This document shows positions 28,419-39,835 of a DNA stretch of 64,000 nucleotides, one piece after another; positions within the stretch are counted from its first letter, which is position 1, and every line of letters starts with the position of its first letter. The translations under genes and the position numbers were made by a program. This DNA is from an uncultured Bacteroidales bacterium. Lineage in GTDB: Bacteria; Bacteroidota; Bacteroidia; Bacteroidales; ML635J-15. The stretch is from positions 3,892 to 67,891 of the forward strand of contig CAYQMB010000003.1 of the NCBI GenBank assembly GCA_964418565.1, given 5' to 3'. Under the pieces are notes generated by a model that saw only the letters and a list, made by a program, of their open reading frames with translations, was not told the DNA's origin and did not search any database.

Positions 28419-29183
28419 ATGTTTTTTATACTGTCAAAAGTGCTGCAATTTTTATTTTCTCCGGTATTCTGGATTGTCCTGATAGTTGCTTTGTCTTTGA
28501 TAATTAAGGAAAAGTATATTAAAAAGCGGATGATGTTTGTTGCAGCACTTCTGCTGCTAATTTTTACAAATACATTTGTCGCCGATGAATTCATGCGCTT
28601 ATGGGAGACACCTGCTGTAAAACATAAAAACATGCAGGCGCCCTATGATGTCGGAATCCTGCTCACAGGCATGGGATCCTGGGATGCAGAGTATAAACGG
28701 TTTAATTTTGATAACAGCAGCGATAGAATTCTGCAGACCATGGATTTATACAATCAGGGTCTGATCAGGAAAATATTTATATCCGGAGGTTCCGGAGATA
28801 TTCGGCAACCCGGATTTCATGAGGCAGCCTTGCTTCACGATTATCTGGTACGGAACGGTATTCCGGATGAGGATGTTGATTACGAGATAAAATCACGCAA
28901 TACTGCCGAAAATGCCAGGCAATCAGCCAGTATTTTACATCCTGAAACATCTGACAGCACATTTCTGCTTATTACCAGTGCATATCATATGCGCCGCGCT
29001 ACAGGCTGTTTTGAAAAACAAGGGTTTGATGTTCAGCCCTACAGCACTGACAGGTTTGCAGGAGGCAGAAAGTTTCAAATAGAATACATGCTTTTGCCAC
29101 GGATTGATGCTTTGATACGCTGGGAGATTCTTATACACGAATGGAATGGATACTGGATTTATAAACTGAGAGGATATGTTTAA
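28419..29183 (+). CDS. YdcF/ElyC-family (DUF218) protein
   Basis: N-terminal TM helices. DUF218 core (ILLTGMGS..., ISGGSG, NTAENA, LITSAYHMRRA). Confidence 0.7.
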   Translation: MFFILSKVLQFLFSPVFWIVLIVALSLIIKEKYIKKRMMFVAALLLLIFTNTFVADEFMRLWETPAVKHKNMQAPYDVGILLTGMGSWDAEYKRFNFDNSSDRILQTMDLYNQGLIRKIFISGGSGDIRQPGFHEAALLHDYLVRNGIPDEDVDYEIKSRNTAENARQSASILHPETSDSTFLLITSAYHMRRATGCFEKQGFDVQPYSTDRFAGGRKFQIEYMLLPRIDALIRWEILIHEWNGYWIYKLRGYV

Positions 29184-30423
29184 ACTGTATAGTGTTATTT
29201 TGCCTTTGGTTATCTTATTATCGTGTGCTGCACAGACCAAAAAAGATGAGAAATCACAGGCTGACAGGCCGGAAGTATCGGATACGCTTACCCCGGATGC
29301 GGATACGCAGGCTGACTCTTTGCTTTGCGGAGCCGCCCGTATGGAACAGTATGTAACAGAGATCAAGGGGAAGCAGGTAGGTTTGGTGGCTAATCACACA
29401 AGCCGGATAGAAGATGTGCATCTGGTGGATACCCTGCTTTCTCTGAATGTGAATGTCAGAAAAATCTTTGCTCCTGAGCATGGTTTTCGTGGCACAGCCG
29501 ATGCCGGTGAACATGTTGCCGACGGAAAAGATGATAAAACCGGCCTGCCGCTAATTTCTTTGTATGGCAGCAATCGGAAACCAACGGGTGAGCAATTGAG
29601 CGGGCTTGACGTGGTCCTTTTTGATATTCAGGATGTGGGCGTTCGGTTCTATACCTACATTTCGACCATGCATTACGTAATGGAAGCCTGTGCAGAGAGC
29701 AATATTCCGGTAATCATTCTCGACCGCCCCAATCCCAATATTGATTTATGCGATGGTCCGGTTTTAGATCCGGCTTTTTCCTCCTTTGTGGGCATGCATC
29801 CGGTGCCGGTAGCTCATGGAATGACAGTGGCTGAATATGCCCGTATGATTAACGGAGAGGGCTGGATGAAAGGCGGAATTACATGCGATCTTAGCTGGGT
29901 GTCCTGTGAAAATTACACAAGGGATATGCCTTACAAACTTCCCGTTCCACCTTCTCCTAATCTGCCCAATCAGCGGAGTATTCGTTTGTACCCCACGCTG
30001 TGCTTTTTCGAAGCCACCAGTTTGAGCGTGGGTCGTGGTACGGATATGCAGTTTCAGATTGTCGGACACCCTGCACTTATGGAGCATGTTGATTTCAGCT
30101 TTACACCAAAGGCAAATACCGGTTCAGCGCATCCTAAATTTAAGAATGAAACATGCTATGGGTATGACCTCAGGCGGGATACAGAGCGATTCGATTTTAA
30201 AACGGGAGAACTTCAGCTTCAGTGGCTGCTGGATATTTACAGTTCATTTCCGGATTCAGTTACCTTTTTTGATCGCCCCGGATTTTTTGACAAACTGGCC
30301 GGAAAAAAATCCCTGAGAATACAAATGCAAAACGGCGTTGATGCCGAAAACATCCGCCAAAGCTGGCAGGAAGATCTGACTGCATTTAAGGCAATGCGGG
30401 AAGCGTATTTGCTTTATGAATAG
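29176..30423 (+). CDS. DUF1343-family exo-beta-N-acetylmuramidase (NamZ-like) lipoprotein
   Basis: VGLVANHTS, FAPEHGFRG and DIQDVGVRFYTYISTM motifs. 8-nt overlap with the ydcF-like gene. Confidence 0.7.
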   Translation: MFKLYSVILPLVILLSCAAQTKKDEKSQADRPEVSDTLTPDADTQADSLLCGAARMEQYVTEIKGKQVGLVANHTSRIEDVHLVDTLLSLNVNVRKIFAPEHGFRGTADAGEHVADGKDDKTGLPLISLYGSNRKPTGEQLSGLDVVLFDIQDVGVRFYTYISTMHYVMEACAESNIPVIILDRPNPNIDLCDGPVLDPAFSSFVGMHPVPVAHGMTVAEYARMINGEGWMKGGITCDLSWVSCENYTRDMPYKLPVPPSPNLPNQRSIRLYPTLCFFEATSLSVGRGTDMQFQIVGHPALMEHVDFSFTPKANTGSAHPKFKNETCYGYDLRRDTERFDFKTGELQLQWLLDIYSSFPDSVTFFDRPGFFDKLAGKKSLRIQMQNGVDAENIRQSWQEDLTAFKAMREAYLLYE

Positions 30424-30473
30424 TGGTGTTGTAGAATTACGCCCCGGAATTAAGAAATACTGATCAATAGAAT

Positions 30474-30507
30474 AAAAAAAGGCCATCCACTGGTTAGCGG
30501 ACAGCCT
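30474..30507 (-). terminator. dnaK intrinsic terminator
   Basis: AGGCTGTCC ... GGATGGCCT 9-bp stem (two G-U) followed (minus sense) by TTTTTTT. Confidence 0.65.
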
Positions 30508-30529
30508 TCTCGCAACATGAAACATTAGT

Positions 30530-32461
30530 TTACTTTACTTCTTCAAAATCAACATCGGTTACTTCGCCATCGTCGTCACCTTTGGATTTTGATTTATCTT
30601 GCTGTTCTGAGCCTTCTTGTGGACCGGTCTGCTGGCCTCCCTGCTGTTGCTGACCTGCATTCTGGGCATTGTAAATGTCCTGTGAAGCCTCCTGGAATAC
30701 TTTGTTGAGTTCTTCCATTGAGCTGTCGATGGCAGCAACATCCTGGTTTTTATGTGCTTCTTTAAGCTTAGCCAGAGAATCTTCTATAGGCTTTTTCTTA
30801 TCAGCAGGGATTTTGTCACCTACTTCTTTGAGTTGTTTTTCCGTCTGGAAAATCAACTGATCAGCCTTGTTGATCTTCTCAACTTTTTCTTTTTCCTGCT
30901 CGTCTTTTTCAGCATTGGCTTCAGCCTCGGCTTTCATCTTGTTGATTTCTTCATCAGATAAACCTGTAGAGGCTTCAATGCGGATGCTCTGTTCTTTACC
31001 GGTGCCTTTGTCTTTGGCAGATACATTGAGTATGCCATTGGCATCGAGATCAAAGCTTACTTCAACCTGCGGAACACCACGTGGTGCCGGTGGAATACCA
31101 TCGAGGTGGAAGCGACCAATGGTTTTGTTGTCTTTAGCCATCGGACGTTCGCCCTGCAGTACATGAATTTCTACCGAAGGTTGATTGTCAGTTGCCGTGG
31201 TAAAGGTTTCTGATTTGTTTGTCGGGATGGTTGTGTTTGCTTCAATCAATTTGGTCATAACACCGCCCATGGTTTCAATGCCAAGTGAAAGGGGTGTGAC
31301 ATCCAGCAGAAGCACATCTTTTACATCACCGGCAAGAACACCACCCTGAATGGCAGCACCAATGGCTACAACTTCGTCGGGGTTAACACCTTTTGAAGGT
31401 TCTTTGCCGAAAAATTTGGTCACTTTTTCCTGAATTGCCGGAATACGTGTTGATCCACCAACGAGCAGAACCTGATCGATATCTGACGTTGAAAGGCCTG
31501 CATCTTTGAGTGCTGCTTTGCATGGTTTCATTGTAGCTTCGATAAGCTCGTCTGCGAGTTGTTCAAATTTCGATCTGCTCAATGATTTAACCATGTGTTT
31601 GGGCACACCGTCTACCGGCATGATGTATGGAAGGTTGATTTCAGTTGAGCTTGAGCTTGAAAGTTCAATCTTGGCTTTTTCAGCAGCTTCTTTAAGGCGT
31701 TGCATTGCCATGGGATCTTTAGAAAGATCTGCACCTTCATCTTTTTTAAACTCTTCAACAAGCCACTGAATAACGACTTCATCAAAATCATCACCACCCA
31801 GGTGTGTGTCACCATTGGTAGATTTTACTTCAAATACGCCATCGCCAAGCTCAAGGATGGAAATATCAAATGTACCACCACCAAGGTCAAACACAGCCAC
31901 TTTCATGTCCTGATCTTTTTTGTCAAGTCCATATGCAAGTGATGCAGCCGTTGGTTCATTGATAATACGTTTTACTTCCAGACCGGAAATTTCTCCGGCT
32001 TCTTTGGTTGCCTGACGTTGTGAGTCATCAAAATATGCCGGTACGGTAATGACAGCTTCTGTTACTTCCTGACCAAGGTAATCTTCTGCGGTTTTCTTCA
32101 TTTTCTGAAGCACCATGGCAGAAATTTCCTGTGGTGTGTATTTTCTGTCATCAATCTGAACGCGTGGAGTATCGTTGCCACCGTCAATAATTTTATACGG
32201 CATGCGTTTGATTTCCTTTGTCAGGTTGCTGTATTTTTCACCCATGAATCGTTTAATGGATGCAACGGTTTTTTCGGAGTTGGTAATAGCCTGACGTTTT
32301 GCAGGGTCACCCACTTTTCTTTCCCCGTTTTCGACAAAAGCCACCACTGATGGTGTGGTACGCTTGCCTTCGCTGTTAGGAATAACAACGGGTTCGTTGC
32401 CTTCCATCACTGATACGCATGAGTTTGTTGTTCCTAAGTCTATTCCAATTATTTTACCCAT
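30530..32461 (-). CDS. dnaK: molecular chaperone DnaK (Hsp70)
   Basis: [19 protein letters not shown] and [11 protein letters not shown] motifs. 643 aa. Confidence 0.97.
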   Translation of the reverse strand: MGKIIGIDLGTTNSCVSVMEGNEPVVIPNSEGKRTTPSVVAFVENGERKVGDPAKRQAITNSEKTVASIKRFMGEKYSNLTKEIKRMPYKIIDGGNDTPRVQIDDRKYTPQEISAMVLQKMKKTAEDYLGQEVTEAVITVPAYFDDSQRQATKEAGEISGLEVKRIINEPTAASLAYGLDKKDQDMKVAVFDLGGGTFDISILELGDGVFEVKSTNGDTHLGGDDFDEVVIQWLVEEFKKDEGADLSKDPMAMQRLKEAAEKAKIELSSSSSTEINLPYIMPVDGVPKHMVKSLSRSKFEQLADELIEATMKPCKAALKDAGLSTSDIDQVLLVGGSTRIPAIQEKVTKFFGKEPSKGVNPDEVVAIGAAIQGGVLAGDVKDVLLLDVTPLSLGIETMGGVMTKLIEANTTIPTNKSETFTTATDNQPSVEIHVLQGERPMAKDNKTIGRFHLDGIPPAPRGVPQVEVSFDLDANGILNVSAKDKGTGKEQSIRIEASTGLSDEEINKMKAEAEANAEKDEQEKEKVEKINKADQLIFQTEKQLKEVGDKIPADKKKPIEDSLAKLKEAHKNQDVAAIDSSMEELNKVFQEASQDIYNAQNAGQQQQGGQQTGPQEGSEQQDKSKSKGDDDGEVTDVDFEEVK

Positions 32462-32613
32462 AATATTTTATAAAGATTTGATTTCACAATTTTATTAATT
32501 CGTCTTTGTGTTATCAATCTTTGTGCCACAGGAAAAATCCTTAGGAAAGGGGTAAAATTGTCAGTGCTTGTTTTCAATACGTGTCAGTAAACTGTAAAAC
32601 ACCTGCCAATACG

Positions 32614-33675
32614 TCACCTGTTGGAGACGTAATAGGGGTTGTCTCTGTCGGCAAAGTTGAGTTGATCAGTCAATGTGTCTGTAGCAATTTTTGTTACGGT
32701 TGAAAGCGTTACCGGGATGGTTCGTTCCTGAGTGTAACGTGCAGCAAACAATCCAACACCATTTTCGATATTGGTGAAGAACGGTTTTTCCTGAACGGCT
32801 CCATAGCTGGGTTCACTGATTTCAGAATAGATGCGAAAATCTTCATCTGCAACGTAAAGGCTGAATGTTGCAGAGTTGGGGTAACGTACAAGGCGGGTAA
32901 CCCCTTCTTTTTCTTCAACCTGATTCAGCAGCTCTTCATAAAACTGTTCTATGGTAAAATCCAGTGAAACTTCCTGATCTGATCCGCTCAATGTTTTTAC
33001 CGGCCAGCTGATCTCTATCGGCTTTAAGTCTTTGATGGTATCACCTGAATCAGTAACCTCAAGATAGTAAAAGCGAAATACCATTTGGTACAGACTGCCA
33101 TTTTCACCGGTTCTGTATTCTGTACTTACAGAACCAAAGCTGTAATTTTCAAGTGAAAGCTTTTGTACCGATAAGGGGCTGATGATGTACGCTCCGCTGA
33201 TGAGCTTTAATTGACTTGTGCATTCAGTATTTTCATCGGGAATTTCAACATGAAGCTCATAGGTGTAATCATTACCGGCATTGCTCTCTGCATCTATTTC
33301 CCCCTGATAAATATATATGGTATTGCGGTCAGTAGCAAATTCAACTTCATTCGGATTGTCTTCTTCTGGCTTTGGAATGGTATCGACAGGAACAAAATCA
33401 AGCCTTTTGACCACATTGCCGCTTTCAATCTGATTTATGTATACAATGGCATTATCATAAAACAGGGAATCACTGATTGCGGCCATTTCTGCAGCAGGGG
33501 CATCCCCAAGAAAGGCTTTGTTTACTTTAATGTAATGTACACTGTCGTTTTGATTGAGCATGCCATATACAACGGGAATGTTTTCCCATTCAGCGGTGGG
33601 GTCGAGTTCATCGTTGCAGGCAGAAATTCCGATCAGGAGAGTAAGTATGAGTGATATTATTGCAAATTTCTTCAT
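32614..33675 (-). CDS. hypothetical lipoprotein (DUF4249-like architecture)
   Basis: Lipobox signal ...LLIGISAC followed by PVVYGML..., reminiscent of DUF4249. Weak assignment. Confidence 0.45.
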   Translation of the reverse strand: MKKFAIISLILTLLIGISACNDELDPTAEWENIPVVYGMLNQNDSVHYIKVNKAFLGDAPAAEMAAISDSLFYDNAIVYINQIESGNVVKRLDFVPVDTIPKPEEDNPNEVEFATDRNTIYIYQGEIDAESNAGNDYTYELHVEIPDENTECTSQLKLISGAYIISPLSVQKLSLENYSFGSVSTEYRTGENGSLYQMVFRFYYLEVTDSGDTIKDLKPIEISWPVKTLSGSDQEVSLDFTIEQFYEELLNQVEEKEGVTRLVRYPNSATFSLYVADEDFRIYSEISEPSYGAVQEKPFFTNIENGVGLFAARYTQERTIPVTLSTVTKIATDTLTDQLNFADRDNPYYVSNR

Positions 33676-33785
33676 TTAACCCATGTTATTTAAAAATAAT
33701 TATCAATTTTGTATCGATATAACGTTCTGAAATAAGAAACGTTTCAAATTTAGACTTATTTTTTGATCTGCAAAAATATTATATT

Positions 33786-34601
33786 ATGTCAACCTATAAG
33801 AATGTAAGACGCGTAACTACGAAGGTTCTGCAGGCAATGAAAGAGAACGATGAGAAAATTGCCATGCTGACAGCCTATGATTATTCCATGGCGCGTTTGC
33901 TTGATTCATCGAATATTGATGTGATATTGGTTGGTGATTCAGCTTCAAATGTTATGGCCGGATATGAATCTACCTTACCCATTACCCTGGATCACATGAT
34001 ATATCATGCAGCCAGTGTAGTGCGTGCTGTTCAGCGTGCGCTGGTGGTTGTGGATTTGCCTTTTGGTACCTACCAGGGGAACTCCAAACTGGCACTGAAA
34101 TCTTCTATCCGCATAATGAAAGAAACCGGAGCCGCTGCCATTAAAATGGAAGGGGGTGCCGAAGTAGAAGAGTCCATTCGGCGTATCCTTTCTGCCGGGG
34201 TCCCTGTAATGGGCCATTTGGGGCTCACACCGCAATCGATTCATAAGTTCGGAACTTATGTGGTAAGGGCTACCGAAGAAGAGGAGGCCGAAAAGCTTAT
34301 TGAAGATGCGCATTTGCTTGAAGAGCTTGGCTGTTTTGCCATTGTGCTTGAAAAAATACCCTCAGACTTGGCTGCACAACTTGCGCGGGAAATAAAAATA
34401 CCGCTTATTGGTATAGGTGCAGGTCCTGATGTTGATGGTCAGGTGCTTGTGCTTCATGATATGCTTGGTATTACTCAGGAGTTTTCGCCACGGTTTTTGC
34501 GGCGTTACCATGATTTATCGAAAGAAATTAAAACAGCAGTTTCTCAATACATTGAGGATGTTAAGCGTTTGGATTTTCCGAATGAAAATGAACGGTACTG
34601 A
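33786..34601 (+). CDS. panB: 3-methyl-2-oxobutanoate hydroxymethyltransferase
   Basis: MLTAYDY, ILVGDS, DLPFG and KMEGG motifs. Confidence 0.92.
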   Translation: MSTYKNVRRVTTKVLQAMKENDEKIAMLTAYDYSMARLLDSSNIDVILVGDSASNVMAGYESTLPITLDHMIYHAASVVRAVQRALVVVDLPFGTYQGNSKLALKSSIRIMKETGAAAIKMEGGAEVEESIRRILSAGVPVMGHLGLTPQSIHKFGTYVVRATEEEEAEKLIEDAHLLEELGCFAIVLEKIPSDLAAQLAREIKIPLIGIGAGPDVDGQVLVLHDMLGITQEFSPRFLRRYHDLSKEIKTAVSQYIEDVKRLDFPNENERY

Positions 34602-35296
34602 TGGCACAACAATTTGTTCCTGATGTTTTATATGAAGACAATCACCTGCTTGTTGTAAATAAGCCGGTGGGTATGCTGGTGCAGGGTGATGAGACAGGGG
34701 ATGTTCCCATTACAGAACATTACAAATCCTACCTGAAAGTAAAATACAATAAACCCGGGAATGTGTTTTTGGGTCTCGTTCACCGTATTGATCGTCCTGT
34801 CAGTGGTGTTATGGTGCTGGCCAAAACCAGCAAGGCCATGCAAAGGCTGAATAAACAGTTTAAAAACAAACATCCCGAAAAGATTTATTTTGCCATTGTT
34901 AAAAACATGCCTGCAGAAAAATCTGCTCACCTGAAACACTACCTGAAAAAAAACCGGGAACAGAACAAATCTTATGTTGTAGACCAACATACCGGAGGTG
35001 CAAAATATGCCGAACTAAAATATGAGCATATTGCTTCTTCAGATACCTACCATTTGCTGAAGGTCGAGTTATTAACGGGACGACATCACCAGATTCGCTG
35101 TCAGCTGGCTCATTGCGGTTGTCCCATTAAAGGTGATTTAAAATATGGTTTTCCGCGCTCAAACAAAGACGGAAGCATCAGTCTGCATGCCGGCAGGCTT
35201 GGATTGGAACACCCTGTCAGGAAAGAGAACATATCGTTTTCTGCTCCGTTTCCGTCAACAGATGTTTTGTGGAATTTATTCCGGCAATTCGTTTAA
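34601..35296 (+). CDS. RluA-family pseudouridine synthase
   Basis: HRIDRPVSGVMVLAKT catalytic Asp motif and GRHHQIR motif. Confidence 0.85.
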   Translation: MAQQFVPDVLYEDNHLLVVNKPVGMLVQGDETGDVPITEHYKSYLKVKYNKPGNVFLGLVHRIDRPVSGVMVLAKTSKAMQRLNKQFKNKHPEKIYFAIVKNMPAEKSAHLKHYLKKNREQNKSYVVDQHTGGAKYAELKYEHIASSDTYHLLKVELLTGRHHQIRCQLAHCGCPIKGDLKYGFPRSNKDGSISLHAGRLGLEHPVRKENISFSAPFPSTDVLWNLFRQFV

Positions 35297-36073
35297 AACA
35301 CAGAATTCCTTTTCCTCAGGTCTGATAATCATTATTTTGTCTTTTAAAAAAGCGAGCCCCAGAATACCATGAAATGCAGGGTTGGCATCACTAACAGTTC
35401 GGCTGTCCGGCACATTCCAGCTTTTTCCGCAAAATGCAATTTCCGAGGGTTCATCTATGGGGTTGAAAATCACGTACAGAGCAGATTCAGGATTCAGCAA
35501 AAATGTGTATTCCTGATTGTTTATTTTCACAGGTATCAGCATTTTGCTGTCCATATAAATGCTGTACTTGTCAAATTTACAACTGTCTACGCACCGGAAA
35601 TCTGTACAGGTTTTGATTTTACGTTCCCGGAAGTTGATCATTATCTCTTTTCCGGAAAAGAAATCCAGGGAGATTTCACCCGCTATGCTGTCCGGGGTAT
35701 TGTTGTCCCTGGGAATGACATTAAAGCGTTTTGGCCCAAAGCATATTGTACCAAGCTTCCCACTTATGTCTTCGGCGGTGCTGCTGTCTTTGTTGGCTGA
35801 CAGGGTGCCCACAGAATCAGCAAAATCGGTGTAAATGTTTTGTGTTTTAATTCCGTGGTGAAGGGTAAAGTATGCTTCACGTGTACAGGTTTGATCAAAA
35901 GCCACCGGAAGAAGTATTTTTGAGTGGGAGTGGTAAAAATTACCCAGGCTGTCACCTTTCCATATAAAGCTGGCTTCATTTACTATGGGTTCTTCGCTTA
36001 TGTTTTTTCTGTCGGAGGGCTGACACCCCATAACTGCCAGCGTTATCAGAATGATCAATGGTAATGTTTTCAT
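35276..36073 (-). CDS. hypothetical lipoprotein
   Basis: Lipobox signal MKTLPLIILITLAVMGC. No family recognised. 21-nt convergent overlap with the rluA-like gene. Confidence 0.5.
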   Translation of the reverse strand: MKTLPLIILITLAVMGCQPSDRKNISEEPIVNEASFIWKGDSLGNFYHSHSKILLPVAFDQTCTREAYFTLHHGIKTQNIYTDFADSVGTLSANKDSSTAEDISGKLGTICFGPKRFNVIPRDNNTPDSIAGEISLDFFSGKEIMINFRERKIKTCTDFRCVDSCKFDKYSIYMDSKMLIPVKINNQEYTFLLNPESALYVIFNPIDEPSEIAFCGKSWNVPDSRTVSDANPAFHGILGLAFLKDKIMIIRPEEKEFCVLNELPE

Positions 36074-36146
36074 AATCGTGGTCTTTTTTCAAATATAGCG
36101 ATTTTTTGGATTGAACCGGAAGAATTTCGATGTCTGCAGGATTTTG

Positions 36147-36154
36147 TACATTTG
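36147..36154 (+). promoter_or_regulatory. Bacteroidota -7 promoter box (TACATTTG)
   Basis: Matches TAnnTTTG, 24 nt upstream of the ATG at 36178. Supports the internal start. Confidence 0.4.
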
Positions 36155-36177
36155 TTTGTGTCCCTTTTCGGATTAAT

Positions 36178-37371
36178 ATGAAAATCGGCTTGTGCTACAT
36201 ATTGTTGTGTTTTTTATTAATGCCACTTACACAATTGGCTATTGCACAAAGATACAGGAATGCAGTGTTTGACGATGTTAGCATTCAGCACGATTTGGAA
36301 TATGGCAGGGCCGAAACCTATCTTGGCGTAGAAAAACAACTAAAATTTGATTTTTATGAACCCTCCGGCGATAGTTTGCAATTCCGGCCACTGGTAATTA
36401 CTGTTTTTGGAGGCTCGTTTATTCTTGGCAGCCGCTCATGGGTAGATATGCAGGCATGGGGAGACAGCCTTGCCAGACGCGGTTTTGTGGTGGCATCAAT
36501 TGACTATCGACTGGGGTATAACCCGGCTTCTGAAAAAAGCCTTATCCGGGCTGCATATCGTGCAGGTCAGGATGTCAGTGCAGCCATACGGTACTTTAAA
36601 GCAGAATATGCAACCTATGGTATTGATACCAGCCGGATATATCTGCTGGGAAATTCTGCGGGGAGCATTGCCTCCCTTATTGCAGCCTTTTTAACTGATG
36701 AGGAGCGTCCGGTACAAACATTCGGGGACAACATACGGCCTGATTTAAAATGCAAACACTGCACCGGAACTGATGGCAATCACAGTTCTGAAGTTGCTGG
36801 TGTTATATCGCAGTGGGGCGGCCTCACCAATTTGCACTTTATTGACAGGAATGAAGATATCCCTGTTTGTTTTATCCATGGACAAAAAGATGGTACGGTA
36901 CCATATGATGTCGGTCCGGCATACAATATCCGGCTTTTGCCGCTGCTTTATGGTTCTGAATATATGGCCTCACATATGGACAGCCTGGGCATATACAATG
37001 AGCTGCATTTGTTTAAAGATAAAAAGCATTGCTTTTACCTTGAGTCAAGCCAGTTGAAGCTAAAACCAGATGAGTTTTCTCAATGCCTTAGCATTGTTCT
37101 GGATTTTATTCACAGCGTTGAGAATGATTATGTCCTGGCAGAAGCACCATTTCACTCTTATGTGTTGGAGCAGCCTGTATGTTTTGGTTACAAGGGTGAT
37201 TTTTCAGAATTCCCTGTATCGTTTCGCATATTGTCTGTTGTCGGAAGACAGGTGCAATCCGGCAACTATCCGGTAGTGTATCAGGATACAAATCAATTAA
37301 ACCCTGGGATTTACTTACTGGAGTTGCATTACCCGGGTACTGACCGCTTTTTTAAATTGATTATTAATTAG
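36178..37371 (+). CDS. secreted alpha/beta-hydrolase (esterase) with C-terminal T9SS sorting domain
   Basis: Signal peptide. GNSAGS nucleophile elbow (GxSxG) and HGQKDGTVP. The C-terminal ~70 aa are a T9SS CTD (...LNPGIYLLELHY...FKLIIN). Confidence 0.7.
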   Translation: MKIGLCYILLCFLLMPLTQLAIAQRYRNAVFDDVSIQHDLEYGRAETYLGVEKQLKFDFYEPSGDSLQFRPLVITVFGGSFILGSRSWVDMQAWGDSLARRGFVVASIDYRLGYNPASEKSLIRAAYRAGQDVSAAIRYFKAEYATYGIDTSRIYLLGNSAGSIASLIAAFLTDEERPVQTFGDNIRPDLKCKHCTGTDGNHSSEVAGVISQWGGLTNLHFIDRNEDIPVCFIHGQKDGTVPYDVGPAYNIRLLPLLYGSEYMASHMDSLGIYNELHLFKDKKHCFYLESSQLKLKPDEFSQCLSIVLDFIHSVENDYVLAEAPFHSYVLEQPVCFGYKGDFSEFPVSFRILSVVGRQVQSGNYPVVYQDTNQLNPGIYLLELHYPGTDRFFKLIIN

Positions 37372-37393
37372 TGTTTGTCAATACAGTCACCAA

Positions 37394-38305
37394 TTAATCT
37401 TTTTCTGTTTTCGCATCAAGCCTGCCACGTTCCATGATACTGGCATTCAGTTCAAAACCCAGAATGATGGCAAAGCTCATAATGTAAACCCAGATCAACA
37501 CAACAATAATGGTAGCCAGAGAGCCGTATAGCTTATTGTATTGGGCAAAGTTATTCACAAAAAAGGAAAACCCGTACGAAGCCAGCACCATCAAAATGGT
37601 GGCGAGAGTTGCTCCGGGGGAAATAAAACGGAAACGTCCTTTTCTGGCAGGGGCCAGGTAATAGATAAAGGAAGTGCTAAAGAAGAAAAGGCCGAGAATG
37701 ATAATTACCCTGACACCGAGAAAGACATACCATAGCAATTTCGAATCATCAAAAAACCTGGTGTAAAGGGATTCATTGATGGTAAGCAGGGTAATGGCAA
37801 TGGTGATTAATATAAACTGAATAAAGACAAGCAGAATAGAGACCAATCGCCGCATCCACCATTTACGGTATTCTATGGTATGGTATGAACTGTTGAACGC
37901 CCTGACAAGAGCTAAAACACCGTTTGATGCAATAAAAACGGCCAGAACAAATGTCAGAGACAGCAGGGATCCCCGTTGTTTTGTTATAATATCAACGATA
38001 GTATCCTCCAGCGTCAGGTAGGCATTATGGGGCATAAACGTTTCCAGCAGATTGAGCAGGGATTCCTGAAAGTTCTCAATCGGGATGTAAGGAATCAGCG
38101 TAAACAAAAAGATAATGGCAGGGAAAATAGACAGAAAGGCTGAGTATGCTACGCTGGTAGCCCTCTGCTGCATATCTCCTTTTTGAATCCCGCGGATAAA
38201 AAATTTGCCAATATCATAAATTGGATATTTGTCAAAACCGGGGAGGGAAAAGCGTTTTGCTTTACCTTTAAGCCAAAGTCGAAAATGCCGTAAGTTTTTC
38301 TTCAT
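37394..38305 (-). CDS. YihY/BrkB-family membrane protein
   Basis: Six TM helices. N-terminal RATSVAYSAFLSIFPAIIF pattern typical of YihY. Confidence 0.7.
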   Translation of the reverse strand: MKKNLRHFRLWLKGKAKRFSLPGFDKYPIYDIGKFFIRGIQKGDMQQRATSVAYSAFLSIFPAIIFLFTLIPYIPIENFQESLLNLLETFMPHNAYLTLEDTIVDIITKQRGSLLSLTFVLAVFIASNGVLALVRAFNSSYHTIEYRKWWMRRLVSILLVFIQFILITIAITLLTINESLYTRFFDDSKLLWYVFLGVRVIIILGLFFFSTSFIYYLAPARKGRFRFISPGATLATILMVLASYGFSFFVNNFAQYNKLYGSLATIIVVLIWVYIMSFAIILGFELNASIMERGRLDAKTEKD

Positions 38306-39150
38306 TACACAACGTATAATGAAATATCAAGGCTTTGAATATGATGAGTCAGAGAACCAACGGAAATATAATCCACACCGGTTTCGGCATAATCACGCAG
38401 GTTTTTCAGGGTTATCCCACCAGAGCTTTCCAGTTCTATCCGCTTGTTGACATGTTTAACAGCCTGATGCGTATCTTCTACGGTGAAATTATCGAGCATT
38501 ACACGATCTACCTTTTCTGATTCCAGTACCTGGTCAAGTTCCTCAAAATTTCTGACCTCGATTTCAATGGGGATATTCAGTTTGTGTTCTTTCAGGTAGG
38601 ATTTGGCCATATTGATGGCCTCGCAGATGCCGCCGGCAAAATCTATATGATTGTCTTTAAGCATGATCATATCGTAAAGTCCAAAACGGTGATTCATGCC
38701 GCCACCAATCCGGACAGCTTCTTTTTCAAGCAACCGCATGCCGGGAGTTGTTTTTCTGGTATCCAGTATTCTGGCATTGGTGCCCTGTATAGCGTCGGTG
38801 TATTCTCTTGTTTTGGTGGCAATTCCGCTCATCCTTTGCATAAAGTTTAATGCCACACGTTCTGCAGTGAGAATGCTTTGTTTATTTCCGGATATTGTGA
38901 TGATTTCATCTCCGGGCCCAATGTTATCACCATCAACAAGAAAGGATTCTACTTTTATGTCCTTATCATAAGCGGCAAATACTTTTTTTGCTACTTCAAC
39001 ACCAGCGAGTACACCAGCTTCTTTTGCAAAAATCCGGGCATTTCCGGTTTCTCTGGTTTTAAAACATGCAAGCGAGGAATGATCGCCTTCACCCAGGTCT
39101 TCTTTTTTTGCTAATTGGATAATTTCATTCAAATAATCGTCGTAATTCAT
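38305..39150 (-). CDS. nadC: nicotinate-nucleotide diphosphorylase (carboxylating)
   Basis: ILDTRKTTPG, HRFGLYD, MLKDNH and MLDNF motifs. Confidence 0.9.
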   Translation of the reverse strand: MNYDDYLNEIIQLAKKEDLGEGDHSSLACFKTRETGNARIFAKEAGVLAGVEVAKKVFAAYDKDIKVESFLVDGDNIGPGDEIITISGNKQSILTAERVALNFMQRMSGIATKTREYTDAIQGTNARILDTRKTTPGMRLLEKEAVRIGGGMNHRFGLYDMIMLKDNHIDFAGGICEAINMAKSYLKEHKLNIPIEIEVRNFEELDQVLESEKVDRVMLDNFTVEDTHQAVKHVNKRIELESSGGITLKNLRDYAETGVDYISVGSLTHHIQSLDISLYVV

Positions 39151-39548
39151 TATTCCTCCTGTATTCTAAGTTGGTGTATTAATGGTTTTCCATCATTCAT
39201 CTTCACTAAGAAGTTGATGCGGTATTTTTGTTTTGGCGTTTCCAGTGTTCCGATGGCATATTTCACTTTATCGCTGCCACCCTGGTGAAGAATGGAGAAT
39301 TTCTTTGGTCGGTTTTTGTTGAAAAAATCTTTGAGTATTTGTGTGGCCTGAGCTTTGCTGTATATTCCTTCTTCATCAAGCAATATGAGCTCAATGGATT
39401 CATTGAAGTATGAGCTGAGTGTCTCAACATTGCCTACTTCAAATGCTTTAAATATTTTAGCAGGAATGTCAAATGCCGGAGCTGCTTTACTGTTCATTAC
39501 TGTTCCCAGCAATGCAATCAGTAGAATCATGTGCTTTACCTTTTTCAT
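39150..39548 (-). CDS. DUF4783-family secreted protein
   Basis: Signal peptide. YSKAQATQILKDFF...YAIGTL pattern. Conserved nadC neighbour. Confidence 0.6.
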   Translation of the reverse strand: MKKVKHMILLIALLGTVMNSKAAPAFDIPAKIFKAFEVGNVETLSSYFNESIELILLDEEGIYSKAQATQILKDFFNKNRPKKFSILHQGGSDKVKYAIGTLETPKQKYRINFLVKMNDGKPLIHQLRIQEE

Positions 39549-39835
39549 TGGTGCATTATTTGGTTACCCTATCCTCAGCAAAAATTAAACCAAAGGCGGT
39601 TGTTCTGTATAATTTGTGTACAAAGTTAATGAATATTTTAGGAAAATAAAGGCCTATGGCAACAATGAAGCAATAGATCCATGGGATGAGTGATTATACC
39701 TGCGTGGTGTGATTTTTGCAAGGATTTGCTGAAAATATTGTACAATGCTTATTTGGATTTAAAAATCTGAGCTTTCTTTGTTTTCGCATTAAAATTGTGA
39801 AAGATTGATTAAATTTAACGCAAACTATTAATGAT